A stretch of DNA of 60,817 bases, counting the filler, from Dirinaria sp. TL-2023a (Eukaryota), in assembly GCA_051941275.1 (NCBI GenBank). It is 3 parts of 3 records of this genome, joined end to end, with 100 filler letters (N's around TTAATTAATTAA, not from the genome) between each part and the next. Parts side by side here need not be neighbours in the genome. Positions count along the whole stretch, not along the records: positions 20,367 to 40,597 come from JAVEBF010000296.1; positions 40,698 to 60,817 come from JAVEBF010000298.1; 1 more part is not named here. One strand, 5' to 3'. The notes below the pieces were generated by a model. The model was not told the origin of the DNA. It worked only from the letters and a program-made list of their open reading frames with translations, and did not search any database. The translations under genes and the position numbers were made by a program. Positions 37,382-49,195 of the stretch are shown in pieces; within the stretch, counting starts at the first letter, position 1; each line of letters opens with the position of its first letter.

Positions 37382-38068
37382 GCCGATGATCCGATGGGCG
37401 ATGGATAAGTAGGACCTTATTCAGCGAGGCCAGCTTTCGTGGTCATGTTTGAGCGCCTGAAGCTGGCGATTTTCCGCCTAGTACAATACTTGACCCCCTT
37501 GCAATGCACATAGATGGAGAGATTGCTAGATTCAGATGATACACATTAGCGTAGCTTGCGCAAAGCAAATCAAGGAGATGTCCATCCGACTCTTACTCAA
37601 CCAGATCTAAGCATGTGATAATGCAAGCTCTTTGAAGTGAAAGCATTAATGAACTACGCAATATCGGACTTTCCATTTTCAAAAAGCTTGCTTGTCCGTA
37701 CCGGCGGTATCGACTGATCTACATCGATGGTGCCTGGACACGTTGCATCTCTCCCATCGCGCCAAGGACCGCTCTCGTGAAGTCGTGCGTTGCGTCCGTC
37801 CCACCCATGTCTGGCGTTTGGATTTTCCCAGAAAAGATTGTCGATGACTTGCGGAGAACTATTGTAGCAGTTCAAACGTACCTCTCTGCAATGGCATCGT
37901 AAACATCTTCGATAACGGTGAAACTTTATGCCGCGCTCAACATTATTTTGGCTTTCAAGCAAACATGTTGCCGCAGAATTCCGTGTTCTTGCATCATCCC
38001 CGATCATCAACGCTCTGGCATATTGTAGCTCATCGACCTGGCCTTTTGAACCCGCTGTCCGTACCACC

Positions 38069-38845
38069 ATGGCTAGCTCTGGTGAGGCTGGTGCAGAGGG
38101 GATCATCGAGCGCAAGATGATCTTTTGCCCTAGACTGCGGGATCTTGACGCGGATCTCCTGATCAAAACCTGCCAAAAGTGCAAATGTTTCTTTCTCTAC
38201 TGCTGCCATTGTTCCAAAAAAGTCCCTCCTGTGCCCGGTGTACCTTGTCACCACTTCCGCCTCGTCTTCACGGATGGCGCATGCCGCCGCAACGGACAGA
38301 ACGCTGCGATATCTGGCATTGGGTGGGCAGGAGGCACAGCCGAGGCATTCCAATTTGCTATTCCGATCAATGACGATATTGACGAGGGACAAACGCGGAC
38401 CAGCCAACGTGCTGAGCTTTTGGCAGCTATTCATGGGGTGCGCTTCGTGGCCATAATCGACGACCTCGACGATTCACCAGCCGAAGATGCAGTGAAATTG
38501 ACGACCCACGGACCACGTGACTCTCGAAAAGCATGGGTGATCGCTACAGACTCCGAGTATGTGGTTAAAGGGATTACTGACTGGCTGCCTGCTTGGAAGG
38601 TAATGACTTGGCTTTTCTACCCTTGGAGCTCACCTCGAGCTGACCATGAGCAGAAGAACAATCTCCGTACCGCCCGCAATACGAAGCCCGCAAACCTGGA
38701 TCTCTTTCTGAGGTTGGATGCCGCTATTTCAAGTGAGGAGGCCAAGCAGGATGTGAGGATCGGTTTCTGGCACATTGATCGGAGCTATAACACAATCGCC
38801 GATGCACTCGCCAAATCAGCTGCCCGACAGGGGACTCCTGCCTGA
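38069..38845 (+). CDS. Stand-alone ribonuclease H1-like protein with Cys/His-rich N-terminal extension
   Basis: Full D-E-D-D set: VFTDGAC, TSQRAELLA, IATDSEYVVKG and YNTIADALAK, plus N.DLF. An in-frame 54-nt intron lies at 38600-38653 (GTAATG..GCTGAC..CAG). Confidence 0.88.
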   Translation: MASSGEAGAEGIIERKMIFCPRLRDLDADLLIKTCQKCKCFFLYCCHCSKKVPPVPGVPCHHFRLVFTDGACRRNGQNAAISGIGWAGGTAEAFQFAIPINDDIDEGQTRTSQRAELLAAIHGVRFVAIIDDLDDSPAEDAVKLTTHGPRDSRKAWVIATDSEYVVKGITDWLPAWKVMTWLFYPWSSPRADHEQKNNLRTARNTKPANLDLFLRLDAAISSEEAKQDVRIGFWHIDRSYNTIADALAKSAARQGTPA

Positions 38846-39914
38846 AGAGTACCATAATTGGTTCACAGACAGCTACGGCATATTCCATTACCATGACCCA
38901 TCGTTGAGATTAGTCGACGGATCAATTTAACTATTTTGCATGTCTCCGCAAATCACACCTGAGGATATATCTATCTCTTAATCCTGAAAGGGCGGGTGTG
39001 GTTGCTATCTCGGTTTTCAAGCATTATTAGCGAGCCTGCCCGTCCACGAATTTTGGCTTTTTGCCGGTGGTGCCTTACAAGGAGTAGCTAAGATTGTTTC
39101 AAAATATCCTCGAAAATTCCTGAATGTACTCTATGAGCATATCTCCATGGGCTCAGCTACCGTTTCTTTGAAGAATTCTTTTTCCCAATCCAGACCAACG
39201 TGGTCCGAGTATACCGATTGGACAAAACTGTTGCACAGGATATAGAAAAGTGTCCAATGGCTTTTTGTTTACTAATCGTCAGCAGTGGATGTTTCACTCG
39301 GCAAACGACCAGTACGTGAGAGAAGTTGAAGACTGGTCAGTATTCGCCAAGTACCTTTGCCGAGAGACACTGCTTTCATCAGTTTCAGAATTCTAGGTCA
39401 TGTCTCGTTTTACAGATGCAATTTTCGTTCAACGATCTCTATCTCCTTGAGGTAAGCAAAAATCCTCGAACTCTGACTCGAGCAAGCGAGGACGGAACAA
39501 TGAACCCGCCCACAAAGGGGCTTTAGCGTTCTGATCCTTCACCGTGGACTAGTTACTGGGAATATCGACCAGCGGTCTTTAGGTCGTTACAGAGTTGCTG
39601 CAATACATCATCGAACCTCGTGATATTGTCCGAGTGTTTTGGATCACTGCACGGTGCGCTATCGAGCCTCCTCACGTCAAACTCAGTATACTAGCGTAAC
39701 CGGATAGACTTGTTTGATCGTATGGGACCCGTCTTCATACTCTCCGGGCATGGAGAGAAGCTATACCCAAAGGGGATGTATACACATGAAAATGTCTTAC
39801 ATCAGAAAATGGTTGGTACCAAGCAAGGTGCACGTTCTTATGGGTAGAAGCAGGATGCATTTTCTTGGAACAAAAGCTCCAACTAAAATACTAACTATTG
39901 ATGATGACTAATTA

Positions 39915-40597
39915 AATGTTGACACGGGGGGGTCGCACCCCACTCCTTCCACTTCAACTCCATTAAACAACAAGAAAAAGCCCCCGCGCCACTACCTTAC
40001 TCTAGTAGTAAGACCGCCTCCTGAATGTCTTTATCAGACCAAATTACTCGCTGTAAACCTCGATTGCGCAACAAACGACCCGCCTCCTCCATGATCGCAT
40101 AGCCTTTCGCGTAAGCTTCATTGACTATGTCGTAGGTATCGCCCCGTAAAGATTGCATAGCTTCCCTCAACATGTCAAGTGACTCCTTCAATTCAGATCC
40201 ATAGAGCCTGAAAATCATAGCAAGAGTAAGCCGTATCTCATTCACCTCTTCCTTAATGCGCTTTGGGGGTGATGAAGGAATATAATCCTTATCGTCTTCT
40301 ATCAAGATGAGCCGTTTCAGAAGACCTGAAGTCACTGTAAATAGATTTGATGAGGTCTTAGCCGCGGTCTCAGATAAAGATAATGAGCTAGACCGTTCAT
40401 ATGACGAAAGAGATAAAGATTTAAGTGATTTCTTTGATGACATAGAAGTCGAGAGCCGCGGTGACGACTGCTTTAATGACTTCACCTGAGAATTTTCATC
40501 TAGTAACTTCTTCAGAGTTGATTCGAAAATCGAGAGCTTGCGAGATTTCTCGTCGAAATCTGATTCATGTTGAAGTGAAGTTGAGAATATCTGACTC
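39915..40597 (-). repeat. Probable RIP-mutated repeat/transposon fragment at contig end
   Basis: TpA-rich composition by eye, an abrupt boundary at TGTTGACACGGGGGGG, an unrecognised 162-aa ORF, and the contig breaks inside it. Confidence 0.35.
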
Positions 40598-40697
40598 NNN
40601 NNNNNNNNNNNNNNNNNNNNNNNNNNNNNNNNNNNNNNNNNTTAATTAATTAANNNNNNNNNNNNNNNNNNNNNNNNNNNNNNNNNNNNNNNNNNNN
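40598..40697. other. Artificial contig linker (N44-TTAATTAATTAA-N44)
   Basis: Identical structure to the linker at 20267. Confidence 0.98.
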
Positions 40698-40970
40698 GAC
40701 CAGGCCCAAGCTACCATCCATCCACGGGCCTCAAGTCCTTCAGCGGATCGGCCAAGCGCTCCCTCGTCGTCAAGCTCAAGGTCAGCCTCCCGGAGTCTTC
40801 CGATAGTGACTCCGATACGCCCATGCCCCCGCCCCCTAAGCGCCGCCGCGCCGCTGGGGCCCCGAGCCCACAGGCCGAGCACGAGCGCCTGGTGGAGGAG
40901 GCGACGGCGGCGCTGAGGCGTAGTTTTACGCCTATGATCAAGGAGGAGGAGGAAGGGGAGGGGGGTGATT
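40698..40970 (+). CDS. Possible 3' fragment of a gene truncated by the contig start
   Basis: GC-rich open frame PGPSYHPSTGLKSFSGSAKRSLVVKLKVSLPESSDSDSDTPMPPPPKRRR..IKEEEE with an NLS-like PPKRRR. The end is uncertain. Confidence 0.35.
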
Positions 40971-41480
40971 GAGGTGGAGGTTGTTGTTTGGGGGTGTGGC
41001 TTGGTTTTTCTCGTGCTTGCGTTGGGATTGTGTGGATCTTTGAGTTTTGTTTGTTTGTATTCGGATTGTGGTCGGCCGGTGGGTCGACGATGTTGTGCTT
41101 CCTGGCTTTAGCAAGCGTAGTTTTTTAGATCTCTTCTCTCCGCTTTGCGGAGCATCATTCAAGTTTTTTTATTTTTTCATGCTATGTGTCTTGTGGCTGT
41201 AGCTCCTCTTACAGTGGTTCCTTCCAGTGACAAGCATGAGTAGACAGGCGAGTGAATCACATCATCAGGAGTTCAGTGAGATCATGACACTGCACTATGC
41301 ATTGATTGGGCTTGTAAGCAATGTGAGAGTTCTTTAAACCATATCAACAATTTCATACAAAGACATCTATTGAGCTGATATGAGATCTTCCTTTAAGCGG
41401 AGCAGATAAGAAGCTAAATCGATCTAGACAAGCAGATGGCGAACAGTATACATACAGCACTCTTTGCACTTGTTTGGTGG

Positions 41481-43308
41481 TTAAACCTTCTCCGGATCGC
41501 TAATACCCCCATTGGTGATAATGTAGGTTGCTTCACGCTCAGGACAATCTAACAGCGATATGAGTCAGTACACTAGCTCTGCTGAATATCTGTGAAGGAT
41601 AGAAAGGCACCTGGTGAATCTTGAATTTTGGCGACCCTCTCATCGCCACGTCCTTTGCGAAGCAGAACCCGAGTAGTAGAAGCGTGTGCGAGGATATGTC
41701 CACCAACAGGTTTGCGACCGTCAGCACCTGCAAAGAGAGCGCTTGCACCAGGGTCGCTTTGGACTTGATTGGTCTATGAAGCAGAGTGGATCAGTTGATA
41801 TCGCCGTCTCGCTTTACAGATGGGACCACACGTACCATCAGAACACAGACGTTGAACTCTTCGGCCATGTGAGTAAGTCTCGACAGGAACTGATTGAGCT
41901 TCTGCTGGCGATCGGCAAGCTCGCCACGGCCACAGTAATCGACCCGAAAGCAGGCCATGATGCTATCGATGATCAGAAGGCGATATTCGTTACTCGAGAA
42001 TTGCGCCGAGAGCGTGTTAAGGAGTTCGAGTTGATGCTAGACGGCAAGCAGTGTCAGCCAAACATCAAGCTGGCAGCTCTTGTTCGTACCTCGCTATTCA
42101 GGGCGCGGCCATAGGCGATGTTCTCTTGGGCCTGATCGGCGTCCACTGTAAATTGTTAAGCTGGTTCTTTTCGGAATCTGTTCGACGTACTGCCAAAGCG
42201 CTCTGCGATTTGCGCGATCCTGTTCCATAAGCAGTGCCCGACAGATCCATCTTACGGAATATTACCTTTCCGGTCGGAAGGTACCCTCGGTATCTAACAC
42301 ATCAAACTTCAGCAGCTGAAATTCCCTACCATAACCCGTCATTACCTATGTATGCGACCTTGCCTTCGGCACCTCCCATACTCTGCATATATTCAATTGG
42401 TGTTGGCTAATGTAGAAGTCTGTTGCTCATACCTTTGGCAGCTGGCGGCGCTCGTCAATGAAGGCACCAGAAAAAGGCTGGGGATGACTTGCCTGCGCGA
42501 CAACCGACATTGTATGCGAAAGCTGTGTTTTACCACACCCTATGCATAGGTAAGGACAAGCTAGTTCTTTGTGAATCTGTAACAATCCTACTGAATTCTC
42601 CATATACCTTGAGGGTGTCATGGTCAGCTCCACGTTATCGAGACGGAGCCATTGATTTACCTCGCTGATACTCATGGTTTGGAAGCCACTTGTAACCTCA
42701 GTATGTACAAGACCTCAACTGTCAGACGCTTGTGACTGACCCTCCTAGTATGGAATCTAACTGCTTGCTGCCGGTGGAGATTTTAACTACCCTCTTCCGT
42801 TGGTGCCCCAACTCTACGGCGGTGATGAAGCCCGATTTTGAAGGCTATTGACAGCAAGATGTTTAACATATTATGCACCAATGTTGGGTTACCTGGTAAA
42901 GGCATAGCTGCTTACCTGCAATTTCTGTATTGCTTCCTTAATCTTCTCGACCTTGACTTCGCTGAATCCCTTGACTTTGAGCAGTGTCTTCCGAGTTGCC
43001 GCATGTACGGCCTATAGACCTCACAGTATCAGCTTCTCGAGCCACATGCCGGCATACCATAGAGCTTACTGACCGCTACAGTATAGTAACCATTCGCCTT
43101 TAGCTTGGTAATATCTGCAGCACCGACACCTGCACGCCGTGAGCATTTCTACGCTCTCGAGTTTTGGTGTTCTTCCCTACCGTGCGCTTGTATATCGTCG
43201 ATGTCCACAATGAAGCCCTAGTGTTGAAGTTATCAGCCAATACTGTAGGATTGGAATATCGATGCGTGCCTCATCCTCGTAGTCATCGCCCGTACTGGAA
43301 GCAACCAT
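41481..43308 (-). CDS. DMC1: Meiotic recombinase Dmc1 (16 exons)
   Basis: Spliced by eye into an uninterrupted frame: [164 protein letters not shown]. Confidence 0.97.
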
Positions 43309-44050
43309 GTCAATAGTTCGGCCAGAAAACCCGTAAGAGCGATACAAGAAGTTGCGGATAGAAGAGCGATATACAGATTTTTCCGTGGCTGATCGAGGGA
43401 AATTGATGTCAAGATAAAGTTGACGAAAGTAGGGCAAATCTCAAATCTGCACTTTAAGCGAAGCAAGCGCTCCGGACCCAGCAACCACATCAGCACGGAC
43501 ACTGGAAATTCGAGGATAATTCCCCATTCTTGTAGAGTTAAATCCTCACAATGCCTGCAATTTTTGCTACTTTGATAAAGCTTGGGTCAGTCCAAGTGTG
43601 GCAACCTAACAGACTGCTATATAACTCCATCTTGACCAAGTTGGAGCCACACTATCCTTCTTCAAACCAAGTCCTCCCATTTACGCTTTCTTCTTCATCC
43701 TTCGCTTCATCTCTGACTGCGCTTTCCCTATTGGTCTCATATCTCACAGGCCGGAGCAAATACTTAGGGGTACAAAGGTGACGCCGATCACGGGGTATGC
43801 TAGGTTACAACCAGTCGAAAGGGACTTGCTAGACTTTTGTGTGCCGTAAAAATTAATGCTGATAGATTGACTGCTCGGAAGACTGAATCTTTGCAGTCAA
43901 AAAAAGGAAAAGGGGTGCTTAAAACGAACGATTGCGGATATGCATGTAGGACCGAGGTTAGTCCATGAGTGAAAATAAGACGTGAATACCGACTTCGACA
44001 ATGGTGGAAATTGTTCCGTGGAAGCTTGACATGCTAATTTGGGGATATGT

Positions 44051-45053
44051 TCAAGCAACAGCTGCGTTTGATGCCGCAGGCGGATTGATCGTCTCTGCCG
44101 GAGTTTCTGTAGCGGTTGGGCCATTGGTGTCGGTTGTCGTACACTCCCGAGAGATGTGGCCTGCTTGACCGCACTTGTAGCAGACTTTCCCAGCGGAGTT
44201 GAGTGGTCCTCCATTCGGGGCCGTACAATCACGGGAGATGTGACCCTGTAGCATTTAGTAAGGTAACAATATTGTTTGTAAGCTGAACCTACGAGTTTAC
44301 CACAGGCGTAGCATTTCATGGCTTGTGCTTGACAGTCCCGAGCATAGTGATTGGGTCCTCCGCACTTGTAACAAGTTGCAGGGCGTGGTCTGACCGCGAA
44401 ACCTCCCCGAAAGCCGCCGCCGGCAAATCCGCTATGCGGGGGCACGACAGCTCCTCGGCCAGCACCGAGGGCTGGACTCCCTTGAAACCCAGAATTTGGG
44501 CAAGAGCGCTTGGAAGGGGATTAGATGGGGATTGGCAGGTAATGTGATAAACTTACAGCAAGATGACCGGGCTGACCACAGGTATAGCAACGACCTCCAG
44601 TCCCAGCCCCACTTATTCGTAGAGTCGGGCAGTCAGCTTGTACATGGCCATAACCTTGACAATGGTAGCACTGCTTGGCTGTAGAGGGTCTATCAGTACA
44701 AGTTTTCCCCTAGAAAAGTGTCTGTGCGGCAACCCACTCTCAGTGGTGCGCGGATGCGGGCAACCGTTGGATTCGTGTCCTGTAGTTATGTCAGAGAAGC
44801 GCCTAGGATTGTAGCTTCCTGTAAGATGGCCTGCTGTACCTGGCTGTTTGCCTGAAGCTTAAGTCAGCAAACACAAACAGCTGGGCTTCATTTCCCAAGA
44901 CTCACAATTGTAACATAGTCGCTCTGAAGATGAACAAACCTCTAAAATGTACTTTAGCATATGTTACACTTAAACATTATTGCGCATGAACCAACCAGCA
45001 TAGTGCCCCACATTCCCACATTTGTAGCAAGCACGGCGTGAAAGAGATGACAT
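44051..45053 (-). CDS. CCHC zinc-knuckle nucleic-acid-binding protein (CNBP/Byr3/Gis2 family), 7 exons
   Basis: MSSLSRRACYKCGNVGHYA start, seven C-x2-C-x4-H-x4-C knuckles, an RGG tract, and a 12-nt microexon at 44840-44851. Confidence 0.95.
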
Positions 45054-46010
45054 TGTCAAATACTGCTCAGAAAGTCCTGGGATACCACTGTCAGTTGACT
45101 GGATGGTGAAAACACGGTTCCCGTATCTCCATGCAATGGGAGAATTCATCGTGGAGCGATTGGCAGAAATAGATGCAGAATAGAGTCTCACAGCATTGTC
45201 GTCCCGAGATCAATAGTTGATGGCTACATCATGTGTTTTATTGTCGCCAGTGGTGAATCCATACCTCAATTCGACGCGCCTTCTTAGCCTTCAAACGAAC
45301 CCTTTTCAATAGTTAGCCTGGTTACCTTTCAAAAATCGCCATGCTGGTTCTTCTCAGCCTGCATGGAATTTGAGCAGTTAATGCTACCTCTGTATCTCCT
45401 TCCCTTCCAGCACAGCACTACCTTCCCTCCGAAGCACAACCCTCAAGCACGTTCAAAACGAGAAATGCAATACAGAAGCATGCAAGTTGTCGCAAAAGAA
45501 AAGCCCCAAAAACTCAGTAAGGTAAGTAATTCGATGTTGGTTGCCGGCGCATTACAAATGCCGCTTTGCTTCTTTGGGCCTCGGCCCTCGGTCGAATTAG
45601 CGTCTTGGCGGCTTGGTTCGGACGGAGTTCTGTTTGGCTTCCGATACATGATCAGATGCCATGCGATGCTCGCTCAAAGGAACCTGTAGCACACAAAAAT
45701 GATCTTGTCGGAAAAAATGTCCACTGAAACCTTTTTTTGTCTGAGAATAGACAAGACATATCTGGAACGCGAGAGAACAAGGTTCACAGAAATCCATGTT
45801 AGTACACTGGATCAATGCAGTCTCAGCCTGCTCTATTGCATCGCTATCTTATGGGATTCTACGTATCTAATATTCTAGAGGGCAGCCTCCACAAGGTTTG
45901 AGACGTGTATCAGACTACTCTCTATACCCTTTTTCTACGACTATGACGCTTAGTGATAGCAGAAAGCAAGCTCAGAAGCCAGACACAAAGTTTGCTGCAA
46001 ATGTGAAGCA

Positions 46011-47652
46011 CTATTCCTCCTTCTCGATGACAGCTGGAGCTTTGATTGACCTTCCTCTGAGGAATTCTAGCCCTTCTCCACCCTGGAATTACAATTAGTC
46101 CCCACCCACTAAGTAACAGACAGGATGCATACGTAGCTTATGAGAGGTGAAACCTCAACCCCATCATCTGGAGGTCCCGACTCACTGACGACAGTCCCGC
46201 CCACGCCTTCGACCCATCTCTTTCCTTGCTCCAGTATATCCATTTTACTTGTATCTGGATCATCCTCCCCTGTGCCTTTAGCGTTTTTCAAGGGGGAAAA
46301 CTCGTCCTCGCGCTTGACTTCCAGCGATGCAAACTTTTCAAGTTTAAGCATCGGAAAGACGTCGAAGACGAATTGCTCGAGCTTGATACCGTTGGGTTTT
46401 TCGGGTTTGATCGTGTCTCCTTTCTCGGTGTCGACATATGGGATCTTTTTCCTAGCTACATGATGTGGCAGCTTGTGGGCCCATTCCTCGATAGTCTCAA
46501 GAAAATGGAATGAATAATAGTGATTGACAATGTTCGCAGCTCGGAACTTGAGCAAGTCTGGCTGTTTACTGTCCTTGGCCTCGGCAGTCGCAGTGTCAAT
46601 CTCCGAATATTCAACAACATCTGGTTTCCCATCTTTGCAAAGAATCAGACCGACTGATTCTTTTGCATCCCGCTTGCGAACAACTTTCGTGGCGATATCA
46701 ACATCTTTTGAGGCAGCAAAGCCAAGGAAAACAGGGTCCGCGACTTTGACCAGGCAATTATCGACACAATAAGCATGAATATGTTGGATACCCCTATCGC
46801 GCATGTCTGTCCTCACGTTCGAAGTCAGCAGGGCTTGGTATATGCCGCCGTTCCCGTCTGGAGCGACTGCTACCTATTTCTGGACGTTAGAAGCTATGAT
46901 GGCGTTGTTCTCCCTACGGAATACGGAACCTTGGACCTGCTCTCCAGCAATATTTTTCCGTCGTTGCCAATGCAAGGCAGGATACCTTGCTCGAAGACTA
47001 CCACGTCATCTTGGCCCAAGCCAAAATAGTCGTGCTCCTTGAAGAAGTCTTCTGTCGGCTTTCTAGTCGGTCCACTGGTCATGACGTACCATGGTACCAC
47101 GATATTCTTCTTGCCGCTCTTTTTCTGGGCTAGCTGCTGGATCTTCCATATTCGCTCGGCTTGGAGCTGGAAGAGGGACTTCTCGCTTGGTAAGCCAATG
47201 TTAAAGCAGCCTTTCGGAGCAGAGCTGCCCAGACGGGTCCCTTGACCACCGGCCATTAGGATCACAGCCACCTGACCCTTAGCAACTAGATCCAAACCCG
47301 AGTCATACCATGCTTGGATATCTTCAGGATTGGAGTCCAGTATTGATGCAGTCGCAGACTCTGGCAAAGGTGCAAGATTCGGCTCTTCCTTAGCAGCTTG
47401 TGGCGGATGTAGGGCTCTCTGGGTGATTTCATTAATGTGATTTGGGTCAATTGACGAAAGACGCTCGTAAAGGCCGGCTTTCTCTGTAGTGTCAAGTTCG
47501 TCATAGAAGGTAAAGACTTGTTCCTGGCCGGCTTTCTCATAAGACTCACGAAGCTTCTTGAGCTCCGCGTCAGAAGGTTCCTGGAGGAGAACGCCTTCTT
47601 CTTTCGAAGACAAATTGAGCTTCCCAAGGAGATTTTTCACTGTTTCCGCCAT
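46011..47652 (-). CDS. UAP1: UDP-N-acetylglucosamine pyrophosphorylase
   Basis: [77 protein letters not shown] and SYGGEGL motifs; two introns. Confidence 0.97.
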
Positions 47653-48258
47653 TGCGTATAGGTGTTCTTTAGCTGCTGTCAGCAGACGAAGAATGATGCA
47701 GGAGAGAAGGGGGCCAAATAGGGTGAGGCAGTACGTTTTACTACATGTACAGTACCTTAAGTACCTCAGTCTTTGTTCATTAGAAGCCCAGTGCAAAGAG
47801 TGCAAACAGGACAAAGGTGGGGCATGGTGGGGGAAGACCCTCAAACCCAGTAAGGTACGTGAAGCGAAGGGTGCCTCAAATCCGATTCATTAAAGATCGC
47901 TTTACTCAAGCAGATTATTGCATACGGACTACAGTAGGGGTCACCAGTTCTCAATAATCCGCGATGAAGCACTCTATGCAGAAAATCCTTCTTGGACTGC
48001 CAGTAGTTCGAGCCTTTGACGCAGGGCTGTGGGATACGCCCGGCGCAATTTTGTATAGGCGGAAAGCACCTTGAAATCGAACATGCAGATAGGTAGTTGA
48101 AAAATGAGCTTTAGATGCACATTCGGTTGATTGAAATATCACCTATTTTTCAAGACTAGGGTGCTCCACTTCCAGCTGGAGATTCCGCACAAACGCCAAT
48201 ACTTCGTGATCCGGTCCATTGGCAGCGCATGAAGAAATGATGTACAGTAAGCCTCAAG

Positions 48259-49195
48259 CTATCTCCGCCTATGCCGGTCTTGATGTCGACTGCCATGGTT
48301 GTAGTGGTCCTCCTCGGTATATCTACGATCTCGCCGCCCATAATGCGGAGGTGCGGTACGTGAATTGTGATGGTCTGGACTTCGGCTCCTAGATGAACGT
48401 TTAGGACGATGTTCCCTCTCACGCTCATGAGCGCGGTCACGCCGAATCTGCTTTTTCTCAAAAACCATGTCGTATCCTTCGGAGCCCTTGTCCCTTGCGT
48501 CGATATCTGCATTTACGGCCCGGTACTGCCGCTTCTTTTCAAGATGGGAAATACCACCAAATCCACCTTCGCCTTTTGCGCGTTTTGAGTTGGTCGCAGA
48601 CCTCCAGGTATCCGAAAGTCGAGAAACCTAGATCCAGAATCAGAATGCGGCACCTGCGAGGGAAGCACCGGACTTACGGATTGCGAGAAATCTACATGAA
48701 TCCGGTGATCATCGATCAGCACTCCCTGCATCTTGAAATATGCCTGTTCGCAGTCCTTCTGGTTTTCGAATTCGATGAAGGCATACTGTAAGCTGTCGCC
48801 CGTCCGCTTGTCGCGGATGACCTCGCAGGATATTATCTTGCCGAAACGGCTGAAAATTAGATCCAGATCCTCGTCTATTTGGCAGTTAGAAAATGGGCTT
48901 CAAAGGGAGTAGGGCATTGGGGTCGCCAACCTTCTGTGACTGGGTTCAGCTTGCATACAAACAGAACATTTTCTGGGGGTTTGACCTCAGCAAAGGGAAG
49001 ATCTCCGACAATCTCGAGAGTCAGCGCTTGAGCTCTCGCCTCTCGCTCTCTCCGCAACTTTTCTCTGGCCTCCTCGGCAGCTGCCTCCTCGGCCTCCTTC
49101 GCTTCCGTGTCGTCATTTTCCAAAGAATCATCCAATATTTGAGGCGCAGCGTTGGTTGGTGGCTCTTCTTCGACTTTCAGCTGCTCTTCAGCCAT
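48259..49195 (-). CDS. PPIL4/Cyp6/Rct1-like RRM protein, apparently lacking the N-terminal cyclophilin domain
   Basis: [81 protein letters not shown] followed by an RS/RD-rich tail; two introns. Confidence 0.88.

Noticed and set aside
28158..38845. TF + MFS transporter as a secondary-metabolite cluster
   Set aside because: No backbone (PKS/NRPS/terpene synthase) or tailoring enzyme on this contig.
41686..42114. 142-aa plus-strand ORF and similar antisense ORFs over UAP1, the C2H2 gene, the MFS gene and EXG1
   Set aside because: Shadow frames of well-supported genes on the opposite strand or in another frame.
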